Below are positions 1 through 11,388 of a stretch of 64,000 nucleotides of DNA, in pieces. Numbering within the stretch: the first letter of the stretch is position 1; the number at the start of each line of letters is the position of its first letter. The translations under genes were made by a program, and so were the position numbers. Below the pieces are notes generated by a model. The model did not search any database. It had not been told where the DNA came from and saw only the letters and a list, made by a program, of their open reading frames with translations. The DNA is from Planctomycetota bacterium (GTDB lineage: Bacteria > Planctomycetota > UBA1135 > UBA2386), in the NCBI GenBank assembly GCA_965228735.1, contig OZ245838.1:5568001-5632000 (forward strand). The letters are read 5' to 3'.

Positions 1-375
1 GATGCCGCTGCAGTTGCTGACGCGGACCGTGGTGTCGCTCGGGGTTCCGGAGTTGCGCGTGACGAAACCGGTCATCGAGAAGGTCTCGCCGGCAGGCACG
101 TCGTGGATTCGGTGCGGGAACAGCGCCCAGGCGAGCTGTGGCCCGCCGCGGCCGACGATGCGGATGCCCTTGTCGATGTCGAGCTGCAGCTGATGCACGC
201 CGCCGAGTACGAGGACGGTGTCCCCGGCGTTCGCGGCCTGGACCGCCGCCGGGATCGTCGGGAAACCGCCGGTGCCGACGACGAGAGTCTGCTGGGCGTG
301 GCCGCGGGCGGCGAGCGTGAAGAGCGCGACGGCGACGAGCGTCGCTGCGCGAAGACTTGGTCGAATCGGGTGCAT
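1..375 (-). CDS. Secreted protein with beta-helix/pectin-lyase-like N-terminus (partial, runs off the window)
   Basis: Not in the ORF track because it has no stop in the window. ATG at 375 with AGGAG upstream. Translates MHPIRPSLRAATLVAVALFTLAARGHAQQTLVVGTGGFPTIPAAVQAANAGDTVLV..., a signal peptide followed by the 'TIxxAVxAAxxGDTVLV' start typical of right-handed beta-helix proteins. Confidence 0.75.
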   Translation of the reverse strand, partial: MHPIRPSLRAATLVAVALFTLAARGHAQQTLVVGTGGFPTIPAAVQAANAGDTVLVLGGVHQLQLDIDKGIRIVGRGGPQLAWALFPHRIHDVPAGETFSMTGFVTRNSGTPSDTTVRVSNCSGI

Positions 376-539
376 TCCGTGCTCCTGGTCAGGGGCGAGG
401 GACTCGCCGTCCTCGGTAGGACGTCGCGTCACGGCGTCTGCCACGGAAAGTCCGTGCCGTTCGGTCGAAAAGCGTCAGACGCCGAGCTGTAGAAGCAGGC
501 CACGCAGCGCCCAGGATTGCGCGGCCGCCACCGACCGGA

Positions 540-2276
540 TCAGTTCACGTCGAGCGTCAATTCGACGCCGTTCGACGTGATCGCGCCGACCGAGTTGCCG
601 AACGGCCAGGCGCTGATGACCGCCGGGTTGTAGGCGGCGCCCTGGACCACGATGTTCGTGCCCACGAGCCCCGTGTTGTTGGGGATGCCGAACGGGCTCG
701 TCACGGTCATGCCCGGGGCGATGGCCAGGATCACGACCGCGTTCGAGCCGTAGTCCACGCAGCCCGGCATGCCGATCGGATCGAGCGGGGTGCCGGCGTT
801 CGCGGTGCCGAGCGAATAGAGCACGCCGGCGATCGGGCTGCCCGCCGGGATGTGGTCGATCACGGTGTTGATCGTCGTTCCGATCACGGGCCGGGCGTCG
901 GTGTCGGCGCTGAGCGCCGTGGTGCCGATGCCGGTCGAGGCGCCGGACAACGCCGACCAGTCGACTTCCGAAGGCGGCGCGAGCGGCTCGGCGGCGCCGG
1001 TCGTCGTGCCGGTGCTGAAACCGACGATCGCGGTGTTGGGGTTGGTCGGAGGCACGCTGCCGCCATTCCCGATGCTCGACCCGTAGGCCAGGTTGATGTT
1101 GCCGCCGGGCAACAGCTCGAGCTGGATGAAGTTCGGGATCGGCGTGATGCCCGCCGGGTCCGCCCAGTTGGGGATGTTGTCCCAGGTGATGCGGACGCCG
1201 CCGCCCGGGCTCGGGTCCTCGTACCACAGGTTGCCACCCGCGGTCGGGTCGAGATCGCACATGAACGCGGCGAGCATCGGCAGGCCGTCACCGGTCGTGC
1301 CCGCGAACGAGGTCGGGGTGAAGCCCGTGTTGGCGCCGTTGTTCGCGAACGTGTTGGAAGTCGTCAGGCCGAGCGCGACGCGCCCGTTCGAGTTGACCAT
1401 GATGTCGGTCGTGCTGCCGCCCGGTGCGGGCCCGGGGAACGGGAACGAGAACGGCAGCGTCATGTGAGCCGAGGCGTCGTCCCAAGTGCCCGTGACGGAG
1501 GTCGACGGTGTCTGCTGCGCGAGGTCGATGCCGTTCGCCGCCGCCGTCGCACCATCGTAGGGTGGGCCGCCCGGCACGACGATGTAGTTGCCGCCCGTGT
1601 TCGGGTCGGGCTGGTAGATCAGCAGCCACGACGTGTTGATGAGGTCGATCGGGCCCGTCGGTGGGCTCGGGAACTCTTCGTAGATCATGCGCCGGCTCTC
1701 GTAGCAGCCGCTGCCGAACGGGGCCTTGAGCGCGAAGCCCGCGCCGCCGGAGGTGTAGTGCAGGTTGACGTTGGCGACGCGCGGGTTGAACGGCGAGGTG
1801 TATTCGACGTTCTGCGCGGAGCCGGCGTTGAGGGTCAGCTCGGTCGTCGCGTAGACGTTGCCGTTGCCGGGGCTGACGCCGTTCGTGTAACGATGCGCCC
1901 AGGTGTCGGCCTTGAGCATGATGCCGTGGCTGCCGGGCGGCAGGACGATCGGCGAAGCGAGTAGGCAGATCGACGGTTGGTCCTGCCCCGCGAACGTGAC
2001 GGCATCACCGCTCGACACGGTCGTCCACGACGCGGGCGTGAGCTCGTTGCCGAGGAACGTTGTCGCGCAGGTGCGGACCTCGAGCGTGCCCGCGGTGCCG
2101 GTGCCGGCGCTCGAGTTGACGTCGATCTGGTGGATGGTCGTGGGCACGGTGACGGTCAGGTCGAACATCACGGTGCCGCCGGCCGACCCGCCGTTGTTCG
2201 AGGCGAAGACGGTCGTCAGGGGGGACTGCGCCGAGACCGCGGTGAGGGTCATGGCGATGGCTGCCAGGATTCGCAT
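540..2276 (-). CDS. Secreted modular protein (N-terminal beta domain, nidogen-like insert, conserved C-terminal module)
   Basis: 578 aa ORF with an AAGGAAGGA RBS and signal peptide MRILAAIAMTLTAVSAQ. N-terminal domain is paralogous to 12625..13560. Ends ...SNGVELTLDVN. Confidence 0.85.
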   Translation of the reverse strand: MRILAAIAMTLTAVSAQSPLTTVFASNNGGSAGGTVMFDLTVTVPTTIHQIDVNSSAGTGTAGTLEVRTCATTFLGNELTPASWTTVSSGDAVTFAGQDQPSICLLASPIVLPPGSHGIMLKADTWAHRYTNGVSPGNGNVYATTELTLNAGSAQNVEYTSPFNPRVANVNLHYTSGGAGFALKAPFGSGCYESRRMIYEEFPSPPTGPIDLINTSWLLIYQPDPNTGGNYIVVPGGPPYDGATAAANGIDLAQQTPSTSVTGTWDDASAHMTLPFSFPFPGPAPGGSTTDIMVNSNGRVALGLTTSNTFANNGANTGFTPTSFAGTTGDGLPMLAAFMCDLDPTAGGNLWYEDPSPGGGVRITWDNIPNWADPAGITPIPNFIQLELLPGGNINLAYGSSIGNGGSVPPTNPNTAIVGFSTGTTTGAAEPLAPPSEVDWSALSGASTGIGTTALSADTDARPVIGTTINTVIDHIPAGSPIAGVLYSLGTANAGTPLDPIGMPGCVDYGSNAVVILAIAPGMTVTSPFGIPNNTGLVGTNIVVQGAAYNPAVISAWPFGNSVGAITSNGVELTLDVN

Positions 2277-2304
2277 GGATTCCTTCCTTTGGGAGAGAGG
2301 GTGA

Positions 2305-2342
2305 GAGGTTCCCGACTGGGAACCTCCCGCCCGGGCATTCTA
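2305..2342 (-). promoter_or_regulatory. Putative -10 box (TAGAAT) followed by a 9-bp 5'-UTR hairpin
   Basis: Minus-strand TAGAAT at 2342-2337. Perfect inverted repeat GAGGTTCCC-N4-GGGAACCTC at 2305-2326, upstream of the RBS of 540..2276. Confidence 0.45.
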
Positions 2343-2506
2343 CCGGTCCGCGGAATCCCGGTTCGGCCTGGCGGGCGAAACCGTCTGGCTGGCTGCGCGG
2401 TCCGGGGGCTTTCGCCCGAATCCGAGCGCGCGCGCGACGCCTCGGGCGCTACTTCGCGATCGGCACGGTCATGCGGTGCGAACTTTCGAACAGCGACCCG
2501 GTGAAG

Positions 2507-3829
2507 TCAGTCGTCCTTGGTCCCGAACCCGTGTTTCCGCGGGTCGTACTTCACGTTCTTCCAGAGCTTCGAGTCGTCGGGCCAGCTCGCGAGGATCGCC
2601 TCCGCGCGGCGGATCAGGGTGTCGCGTTCGGCGGCGAGGTCCTCGGGGTCGAACTCGACGACCTCGTGGGGGTGCACACCGCGGCCCTCGATGCCCTTGC
2701 CGCCCGCGAAGCGCGCCTTGTTGGATCGCACGGAGACGTAGAGCGAGAACAGCTTCGACGGCAACTCGATCGTCGTCTTGCTCGACGACATGCCGGCGGT
2801 CGGGCTCTCGCCGATGCCGTAGGCGCGGCCGTCCTCGGTGAATTGGCCAGCACCCGTCTCGCCCGCGCTGCGACACGTTGCGTCGACGATGACGACGAGC
2901 GGACCGCCGAACGGGTTCTTGCCCGCACTCTGGTAGCCGCTGCCGACGTTCCACTTCACGCCCGGCGGCAGGAAGCGCCCGAACAACGCGCGGTGATCGA
3001 ACCCGCCGCCGCTGTTGCCGCGGAAGTCGAGGATCATGCCGGGCACGTTACCGATGCTCTGCAGCGCGTGGTCGACCTGCTCCGGCAACGTGCCCTTGCC
3101 GCGCCGCACGTGGATGTAGCCGAAGCCGTCCGGCGTCTTGCCGAAGTAGAGGTCCCGGTGGCGCGTCGTGCCCGCGGGGTGGAACGCGGGGCCGAGCGCG
3201 GTCTGGTTGAGCTTCTCGTAGCTGACCTTGCGTTTGCGCTTGCGCTTGCCGTCCTTGATCTCGAACGCGACCCGCGTGCCGGCGACGTCGCTGAGCCCCC
3301 AGTGTCGCGTGTAGAAATCGGCCTGGTGATCCGTCGAGAACGACCAGAGGTCACGCAGGTCCTCCGTGCGCGCGGCGAGCCACGCGTCGGCGGGCTGGCC
3401 GTCGATCTTCGTCACCTGCATGCCGGGCGTGAGCCCCGCGCTCTTGCTCGGACCCCACGCGTTCTTCACGTAGATCGCGTTCCCGATCCGGCAGAGGAAC
3501 AGTCCGGGACCGTGGTCGCGTTGCGGCCAGTCGACCTCGACGCCCTTGCCGGCCGGCAGCGGCCGCACGCTCGCGTGGCCGTCCTCGAGTCGCGCGAGCA
3601 GCCGCCAGAGCAGCAGCAGATGCTCCTCGTGCGTCTTGGTCTTCTTGCTCGCATCGAGCAGCGGCTTCGTCACCTTCTGCCAGCGGATCCCTTTGCTGTC
3701 GAGCAACGTCTTGCACTGCTTGCCGATCGCCGTGATCGCGAACTTCACGTCCGCCCGGTAGTCGACCTTCTGCGCGGCGAGCGGCGTCAGGACGGATACG
3801 GCGATCACGAGACTCGTTGTCGGGTTCAT
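2507..3829 (-). CDS. S41 family peptidase with PDZ-like domain, secreted
   Basis: Start moved to ATG 3829 (MNPTTSLVIAVSVLTPLAAQ signal). Motifs: L..LEDGHA, GLTPGMQVTKIDG (PDZ), ILDFRGNSGG, CRSAGE (catalytic Ser), IEGRGVHP. Confidence 0.85.
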   Translation of the reverse strand: MNPTTSLVIAVSVLTPLAAQKVDYRADVKFAITAIGKQCKTLLDSKGIRWQKVTKPLLDASKKTKTHEEHLLLLWRLLARLEDGHASVRPLPAGKGVEVDWPQRDHGPGLFLCRIGNAIYVKNAWGPSKSAGLTPGMQVTKIDGQPADAWLAARTEDLRDLWSFSTDHQADFYTRHWGLSDVAGTRVAFEIKDGKRKRKRKVSYEKLNQTALGPAFHPAGTTRHRDLYFGKTPDGFGYIHVRRGKGTLPEQVDHALQSIGNVPGMILDFRGNSGGGFDHRALFGRFLPPGVKWNVGSGYQSAGKNPFGGPLVVIVDATCRSAGETGAGQFTEDGRAYGIGESPTAGMSSSKTTIELPSKLFSLYVSVRSNKARFAGGKGIEGRGVHPHEVVEFDPEDLAAERDTLIRRAEAILASWPDDSKLWKNVKYDPRKHGFGTKDD

Positions 3830-3909
3830 GGTGGCCCTCGGAATGCGCGGCGATTCGGTTCCGGCAACGAGGATAGCGGCGCGCGGCGGTATCGTCGCGG
3901 CCGCGCGCC

Positions 3910-4998
3910 ATGAACTCGAACCCGACGCCACTCTCGTTCCTCGCCCGCCTCGCCGTGACCGTCGTCGCCGGTCTCGCGAGCGGCTGCTCGATGCTGCCGG
4001 TCGATGTCACGACGATCAAACCGGCGCCGCTCGAACCCGGCGACACGATCATGTTCGTCGCGCCGGCTGGCGAGCTCGATCGCGAACGCATGATGCGGGC
4101 GAAGGAGCGGCTCGAAGCGATGGGCTTTCGGGTCAAGCATCGCGACGACCTGTTTCGGCAGTTCGGCTACCTCGCCGGCACGGACGACCAGCGCGCCGCC
4201 GAGTTGATGGCGGCCTTCGAGGATCCGGAGGTCGACGCGGTCTTTCCCGGCACGGGTGGCTATGGCGTGACCCGCATCCTCGACCGGCTCGACTACGACG
4301 TGATCCGGCGCAATCCCAAGATCCTGATCGGCTTCAGCGACATCACGGGCCTGCATCTCGCGATCGGGCGGCGGGCCGGGCTCGTCACGTTCCACTCGCC
4401 GAATCCGATGTGGGGGCTCGGGAGCGAGGGCGACCTCACCGAGTTCAGCGCGCGCTACTTCTGGCGCGCGTTGCTCGCGAAACGCTACGTCGACCGCGAC
4501 GGGGAACGCCTCCCGTCGGGCTGGACCTACGAGGTGCCGCCGGACATCGAGCAGCCGCAGGTGCTGGTCGCCGGAACGGGGCGTGGGCGGCTCGTCGGCG
4601 GCAACTTCTCGCTCATCGCCGCGACGATGGGCACGCCGTACGAGGTCGACACGCGCGGCGCGATCCTGTTCCTCGAAGACGTGAGCGAGGCGCCGTATCG
4701 CATCGACCGCTACCTCTCGACGCTGAAGCTGGCCGGCAAGCTCGACGAGCTCCAGGGTGTGATCCTCGGCAAGTTCACGCGCACGCGACGGCGCGGCGAG
4801 GGACCGTCGAAGTTCACGATCGAGCGCGTGTTCGACATGTATTTCGGCGACGCGGACTACCCGGTGATCTCCGAGTTCCCGGCCGGGCACTTCGAGCACA
4901 ACGCGACGCTGCCGCTCGGGGCGATGTTCGAGCTCGAAGCCGACGCCGCGGGTTGCCGCGTGACGCTCCTCGAGGACCCCGTGGACCTGGGTCGTTGA
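3910..4998 (+). CDS. ldcA: LD-carboxypeptidase (peptidase S66) with lipoprotein signal
   Basis: Motifs YLAGTDDQRA, GGYG, KILIGFSDIT (Ser), ILFLEDVSE (Glu), PAGH (His). N-terminal hydrophobic stretch ends in LASG-C. Confidence 0.9.
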   Translation: MNSNPTPLSFLARLAVTVVAGLASGCSMLPVDVTTIKPAPLEPGDTIMFVAPAGELDRERMMRAKERLEAMGFRVKHRDDLFRQFGYLAGTDDQRAAELMAAFEDPEVDAVFPGTGGYGVTRILDRLDYDVIRRNPKILIGFSDITGLHLAIGRRAGLVTFHSPNPMWGLGSEGDLTEFSARYFWRALLAKRYVDRDGERLPSGWTYEVPPDIEQPQVLVAGTGRGRLVGGNFSLIAATMGTPYEVDTRGAILFLEDVSEAPYRIDRYLSTLKLAGKLDELQGVILGKFTRTRRRGEGPSKFTIERVFDMYFGDADYPVISEFPAGHFEHNATLPLGAMFELEADAAGCRVTLLEDPVDLGR

Positions 4999-5002
4999 GG
5001 TC

Positions 5003-7276
5003 GTGCGTTACCTGACTTCGACGTTGTCCGTTCTCGCGTTCCCGCTCGCCCCTGCCGCGCTCTGCGGTCTCGTCGCGACCGCTGCCGCGCAGGAGCCGCG
5101 GATCGGCGGCCAGGCGCGGCTCGACGCGTGGGAGCTGCACCGCGCGCTCGCGCAGGAGTCGCCGTTCGGTCATCTACGTTGGCGGGCGATGGGGCCGAAG
5201 TTCGCGGGCGGTCGCATCGAGTCGATCGACGTGCCGCGAGGTGATCTGGCGACGATCTACGCGTGTGCCGGCGCCGGCGGCATCTTCAAGTCGACGAATG
5301 GCGGGCTCACGTTCGCGTCGATCTTCGACGAGCAGTCGACGTTCGCGATCGGCGACCTCGCGATCGCGCCGAGCGACCCGAACGTGCTCTGGGTCGGCAC
5401 CGGCGAGTGTCACCTGTCGCGGTCGTCGTACGCGGGCAACGGCGTCTATCGGTCGACGGATGCGGGCGCGACGTGGACGCACATGGGGCTGCCCGAGAGC
5501 GCGCACATCGGCAAGGTCGTGATCGACCCGCGCGACCCCGACGTCGTGTTCGTGGCCGCGATGGGGCGTAAGAACGGCGGCGGCGAACGGGGCATCTACA
5601 AGACGACGGATGGTGGGGCGACGTTCCGCCGCGTGCTGTTCGAGGACGACCACACGGCGTTCGTCGACCTCGTGCAGGATCCGCACGACCCGGACCGGCT
5701 CTACTGCTCGTCGTGGGATCGGCGGCGCGGCCCGGGCAGCGGCGTCCATCGCAGTGACGACGGCGGTGAGACGTGGCGGCGGCTCGCCGGCGGACTGCTC
5801 GAGAAGACCGCGGATCGCGTCGCGATCGACGTGGCCGCGTCCGCGCCCGGCGTCGTCTACGCGCTCATGGCGGATCGATCGTCGCCGCAGCTGCAGAAGC
5901 GTCGGAACGCGGCGCTGCTCTACCGGTCGGGCGACCACGGCGACAGCTGGACGCAGGTGCACGACGGGCCGGTGCCGACCTACGTCGGCTGGGATTTCTG
6001 CGATCTGCGTGTCGCCCCGGACGACGCCGATCGCGTCTACGTCGGCGGGCTGCGGCTCATCGTGTCGCGCGATGGTGGGAAGTCGTTCGAGGGCGAGTGC
6101 GGCTTCGCCGTGAACACGAAGAAGGACGAGGTCTTCCGGCTGCATCGGCATCGCGGCGTCGGGATGCATCTCGACGTGCACGAGATCACGATCGATCCGG
6201 AGCATCCCGAGCGCGTGCTGCTCGGCAACGACGGCGGGCTCTACGTGTCGTGGGATCGCGGCGCGACGTGGCTGCATCTCAACAACCTGCCGATTCCCGA
6301 GCTCTACAAGCTGCACCTCGACGACGCGGAGCCGTTCCGGATCTGGACCGGCAGTCAGGACAACGCGTCGTTCGTGGGGCCAGCGACGGCGCGGCTGCGG
6401 GACGGGGTCGACGACGATTGGCAGCAGGTCTTCCTCGATCCATGGACCGGCGGCGACGGGTTCGCGACGTTCCCGGATCCGCACGACCCGGAGATCACGT
6501 ACTACACGCAGCAGAACGGCGCGCTGATGCGCAGCCGTCTCGGTCGACTGCGGCCCGAGAAGAGCATTCGCCCGCGCGGCGAACGTGGCGAGCTGCGTTT
6601 TGCCTGGGACACGCCGTTCTTCGCGTCGGTGCACGAGGGGCCGCCCGAGGAGAAGACCGTGCTCTACTGCGCCGCGCAGCGCGTCTTCCGGTCCACGGAC
6701 CGCGGCGATTCATGGCAGGCGATCAGCGGCGACCTCGTGCCCGGCGGGATCCTGTCGATGCACGAGTCACCGCTGGACGAGAAGCGCCTCGCCGTCGGCG
6801 GGGGCCGCGGGCAGGTGCACCTCACGGCGGACGGCGGCGCGACGTGGCAGGCGGCCGGGGTCGGGCTGCCGCGGAAGCGGCTCCGTGACGTGCTGCTGTC
6901 GGCGCACGCGAAGGAGCGGGTGTTCGCCGTCTTGTCCGGCAAGGGCGATTCGGACTGCGCGAGCTACGTGTATCGGTCGGACGACTTCGGCAGGACGTGG
7001 CGGGCCATCGCGGCCAACCTGCCGCACGAGTCGCTCAACGCGATCGCCGAGGATCCGCGCACCGCGGACCTGCTGTTCGTCGGCAGCGACCTCGGGGCCT
7101 ACGTGTCGCTCGATGGTGGCGAGCGCTGGGAGTCGTTGTGTCAGCGGCTGCCGACGACGCCCGTCGTGGACCTCGCGGTCCACGGGCGCGATGGCAAGCT
7201 CGTGATCGCGACGCACGGCCGCGGCGTGTTCTTGCTGGACATCACGCCGATCCGCGCGCTCCGGAAGCAGGACTGA
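5003..7276 (+). CDS. VPS10/sortilin-like BNR (Asp-box) repeat beta-propeller, putative glycosyl hydrolase
   Basis: Signal peptide; WRAMGP..GGRI; repeated S/TxDGGxTW boxes; GNDGG, GSQDN, GGDGF and ATHGRG motifs. Confidence 0.85.
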   Translation: MRYLTSTLSVLAFPLAPAALCGLVATAAAQEPRIGGQARLDAWELHRALAQESPFGHLRWRAMGPKFAGGRIESIDVPRGDLATIYACAGAGGIFKSTNGGLTFASIFDEQSTFAIGDLAIAPSDPNVLWVGTGECHLSRSSYAGNGVYRSTDAGATWTHMGLPESAHIGKVVIDPRDPDVVFVAAMGRKNGGGERGIYKTTDGGATFRRVLFEDDHTAFVDLVQDPHDPDRLYCSSWDRRRGPGSGVHRSDDGGETWRRLAGGLLEKTADRVAIDVAASAPGVVYALMADRSSPQLQKRRNAALLYRSGDHGDSWTQVHDGPVPTYVGWDFCDLRVAPDDADRVYVGGLRLIVSRDGGKSFEGECGFAVNTKKDEVFRLHRHRGVGMHLDVHEITIDPEHPERVLLGNDGGLYVSWDRGATWLHLNNLPIPELYKLHLDDAEPFRIWTGSQDNASFVGPATARLRDGVDDDWQQVFLDPWTGGDGFATFPDPHDPEITYYTQQNGALMRSRLGRLRPEKSIRPRGERGELRFAWDTPFFASVHEGPPEEKTVLYCAAQRVFRSTDRGDSWQAISGDLVPGGILSMHESPLDEKRLAVGGGRGQVHLTADGGATWQAAGVGLPRKRLRDVLLSAHAKERVFAVLSGKGDSDCASYVYRSDDFGRTWRAIAANLPHESLNAIAEDPRTADLLFVGSDLGAYVSLDGGERWESLCQRLPTTPVVDLAVHGRDGKLVIATHGRGVFLLDITPIRALRKQD

Positions 7277-7288
7277 ACGGTCGGTGCC

Positions 7289-9577
7289 TCAGCGGTCGCG
7301 GCACTCCGCGAGGATCCGGCGATAGGCGACGCGCGCTTCCTCGTAGGCGGCGGCAGCGGCCTCGCGGTCGGTCGCGCGGATGCCGTTGCGCTTGTTCTGC
7401 CAGCACCGGTCGACGGCCGCGAGGCACCACTCGGCGCTGCGCGCGTTGGCGCGCACCGGCTGACCGGCGACGATGACGAACACCGGGTTGCTGTGCGACG
7501 ACGGCAGGATGCGCAGCGTGACCCAGCTCGAGCGTTCGATCGCGACATCGAACCGGACGTCGCGCAGCTCGCCGTCCGCGACGATCTCCTGCCGCGCCAC
7601 GGGTTCGCCGTTCACGACGAGCTCGACCGGCACCTTGCGAGAGCCCGCGATGCGAGCGCGTTCGAGGTGCCAGTACGGCTTCTCGTTCCACGGCAGCGCG
7701 CGCAGCAGCTCGTCCGCTGCTGCCGGCAGTCGGGCTGCGACACGGGCCGTGACCGCGACCGTGCGGGGCGCTGTCAGGTCGAGCTGACTCACGGGTGCGT
7801 CGTCGTTCTTGCGGGTTCCGGCCACGAGGCCGTCCACCGCGAAGTCGAGCAGGTGGCTCATCCCGTCGGACACGTAGCAGCGGCCGTCCTTGATGCCTTC
7901 GGCCCAGGCGTCGAAGTCGACCGGGCCGGGCGGCAGCTTCACGTAGCTGCGGCCGAGGCCGACGCGCGAGTCGTAGATGCACGGGAAGTCGGTCTCGCCG
8001 CTGATCCGCGTGCGGTAGCCGCAGTTGATCACGTGGTACCAGATGTTGAGCTCCCAGATCGCAGGCGTGTCGACCGTCGAGATGAAGTCGACCGCGTCGT
8101 GGACGACGTCGACGACGAACTCGTTGGCGCCGATGCCGTCGAAGCGCGGCACGTTGTAGTTCGGCAGCTCGCGCCCCGGCACCTCGAGACCCCAGCCCGA
8201 GTGACTGAAGCCGGCGATGCCGCCCTGGCGCTTGGCCCACTGCAGCACCGGCAGATCCCAGCTCGGCCACTCCTCGATGCGCGTCGTGCCCGGGTAGTCG
8301 TCGTCCGCGAGCCGGATCAGCGACAGGTGGCCGGCATGCGACGACGGGAAGCCCGAGACCTCGACGTCGTAGCGCATGACGTAACGGTCGGTCGAGAGCT
8401 CGTGGTTCTGGCCCTGGAAGAACTGCTTCTGGTGGTACCAGCACGGACCCCACGACAGCACGCACCCGACGTTGAGATCCTCGCCGAGCATGTGACGCCA
8501 CATCGTCATCGGGTTGACGCCCTGCGCCGGGCTCTCGTAGTGCGAGCACCCGGCCGCGTGGATGTGGTGGTCGCCCGAGATCCAGCCGAGCTCCGCGAGG
8601 TGGATCCAGCGGCGCAGCCGGAACTCCTCCGTGTGCGTTTCCTGCGCCGGCACGGTGATGCGCCGGCGCTGGGTCGTGTACTCCGGGCCGCGCGTGATCA
8701 CGACGTCGTACTCGCCCGGCGGCAGCAGGACGACCTCACCGCTCTGGCGATAGATCTGGGGGTGAAAGAAGAAGTCGGGCGCGAGCCGGCGGCTCTGGGC
8801 CGGATACACGCGGCCGTGATCGTCGCGGATCTGGAAGCCGGCCGTCGTCGCCGAGCCGTCGATGTCGAGGACGGTGAGTTCGACCTTCACCGCGGGTGCG
8901 CAGCGGAACAGGATCGGCACCGCGTTGCGGAAGCCGATGTCCTGCGTGCCCTGGCCGACGTGGAACGAGAGGCGCGCCTCGCGCCGCCCCGCGTCGCGGG
9001 CGAGCAGCTGCACGATGCGATACTCGACGGCGAGGCCGGACAACCCGGGTCGCAGCGGTCGGCCGTCGAACATCAGCAGCTCGAGCCAGCGCTGCGTGAC
9101 ATCACTCGCGCTGATCGAGACCTCGGGCTCCGGGCTCGCGGTCGACCGCCGGTAGACGGGCCCCGCGTTGGGGCTCTCGCCGACGAGCTGCGCGGTCACA
9201 CCGGCGCCGTTGATGACCTTGACGAGGAACGTGCGGAAGCCGCCCTGCGCGAGGTTCGGCTCGGCCGGCCCTGCCGCGACCTTCACGCGGCTCTCGGCGT
9301 TGATGTCGACGACGGCGATCGCGTAGCGGTCGAGGACCTGCTGGATCCGTTCGATCGCGCTGCCGTGATCGCTCGAGCGCAGCGCGGTCTGCACGGTCGT
9401 GCGATCTGCCGCAGCGAGCGGCGCGCCGACCACGTCGAGGGCTTCGACGAGCCGCTCCGTCGCGGAGGCGAACGGTTGGAACTCGACGTCTCGCACGAGC
9501 GGCACGCTCTGGGCGCGCGCCGCGGTCAGCGCGAGGGCGAGGCCGACGATCGAGAACAGCAGAACGCGTGGCAGCAT
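7289..9577 (-). CDS. CehA/McbA family (PHP-like) metallohydrolase, secreted
   Basis: True start ATG 9577 with GGAGG RBS and signal MLPRVLLFSIVGLALALTAARAQ. Motifs GWISGDHHIH, EVSGFPSSHAGH, SHSGWG, WYH..NCG.R..ISGETDFPC, HSNP. Confidence 0.85.
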   Translation of the reverse strand: MLPRVLLFSIVGLALALTAARAQSVPLVRDVEFQPFASATERLVEALDVVGAPLAAADRTTVQTALRSSDHGSAIERIQQVLDRYAIAVVDINAESRVKVAAGPAEPNLAQGGFRTFLVKVINGAGVTAQLVGESPNAGPVYRRSTASPEPEVSISASDVTQRWLELLMFDGRPLRPGLSGLAVEYRIVQLLARDAGRREARLSFHVGQGTQDIGFRNAVPILFRCAPAVKVELTVLDIDGSATTAGFQIRDDHGRVYPAQSRRLAPDFFFHPQIYRQSGEVVLLPPGEYDVVITRGPEYTTQRRRITVPAQETHTEEFRLRRWIHLAELGWISGDHHIHAAGCSHYESPAQGVNPMTMWRHMLGEDLNVGCVLSWGPCWYHQKQFFQGQNHELSTDRYVMRYDVEVSGFPSSHAGHLSLIRLADDDYPGTTRIEEWPSWDLPVLQWAKRQGGIAGFSHSGWGLEVPGRELPNYNVPRFDGIGANEFVVDVVHDAVDFISTVDTPAIWELNIWYHVINCGYRTRISGETDFPCIYDSRVGLGRSYVKLPPGPVDFDAWAEGIKDGRCYVSDGMSHLLDFAVDGLVAGTRKNDDAPVSQLDLTAPRTVAVTARVAARLPAAADELLRALPWNEKPYWHLERARIAGSRKVPVELVVNGEPVARQEIVADGELRDVRFDVAIERSSWVTLRILPSSHSNPVFVIVAGQPVRANARSAEWCLAAVDRCWQNKRNGIRATDREAAAAAYEEARVAYRRILAECRDR

Positions 9578-9642
9578 GAGCGAACCTCCGTGAGCGGCCC
9601 GACCATACCGCCGCCGGCCGGCGGTCCGCATCACCGTCCGCG

Positions 9643-11283
<1,641 letters not shown>

Positions 11284-11388
11284 GTCGCGGTTCTAGCCGG
11301 TCGGTTCCGCGGCGCCGACTGCGAACCTGCGGACGAGCCGCTATCATCACGCGTCTCACCGCTCTCCGTTCACCTCGAGATTGCCCCC

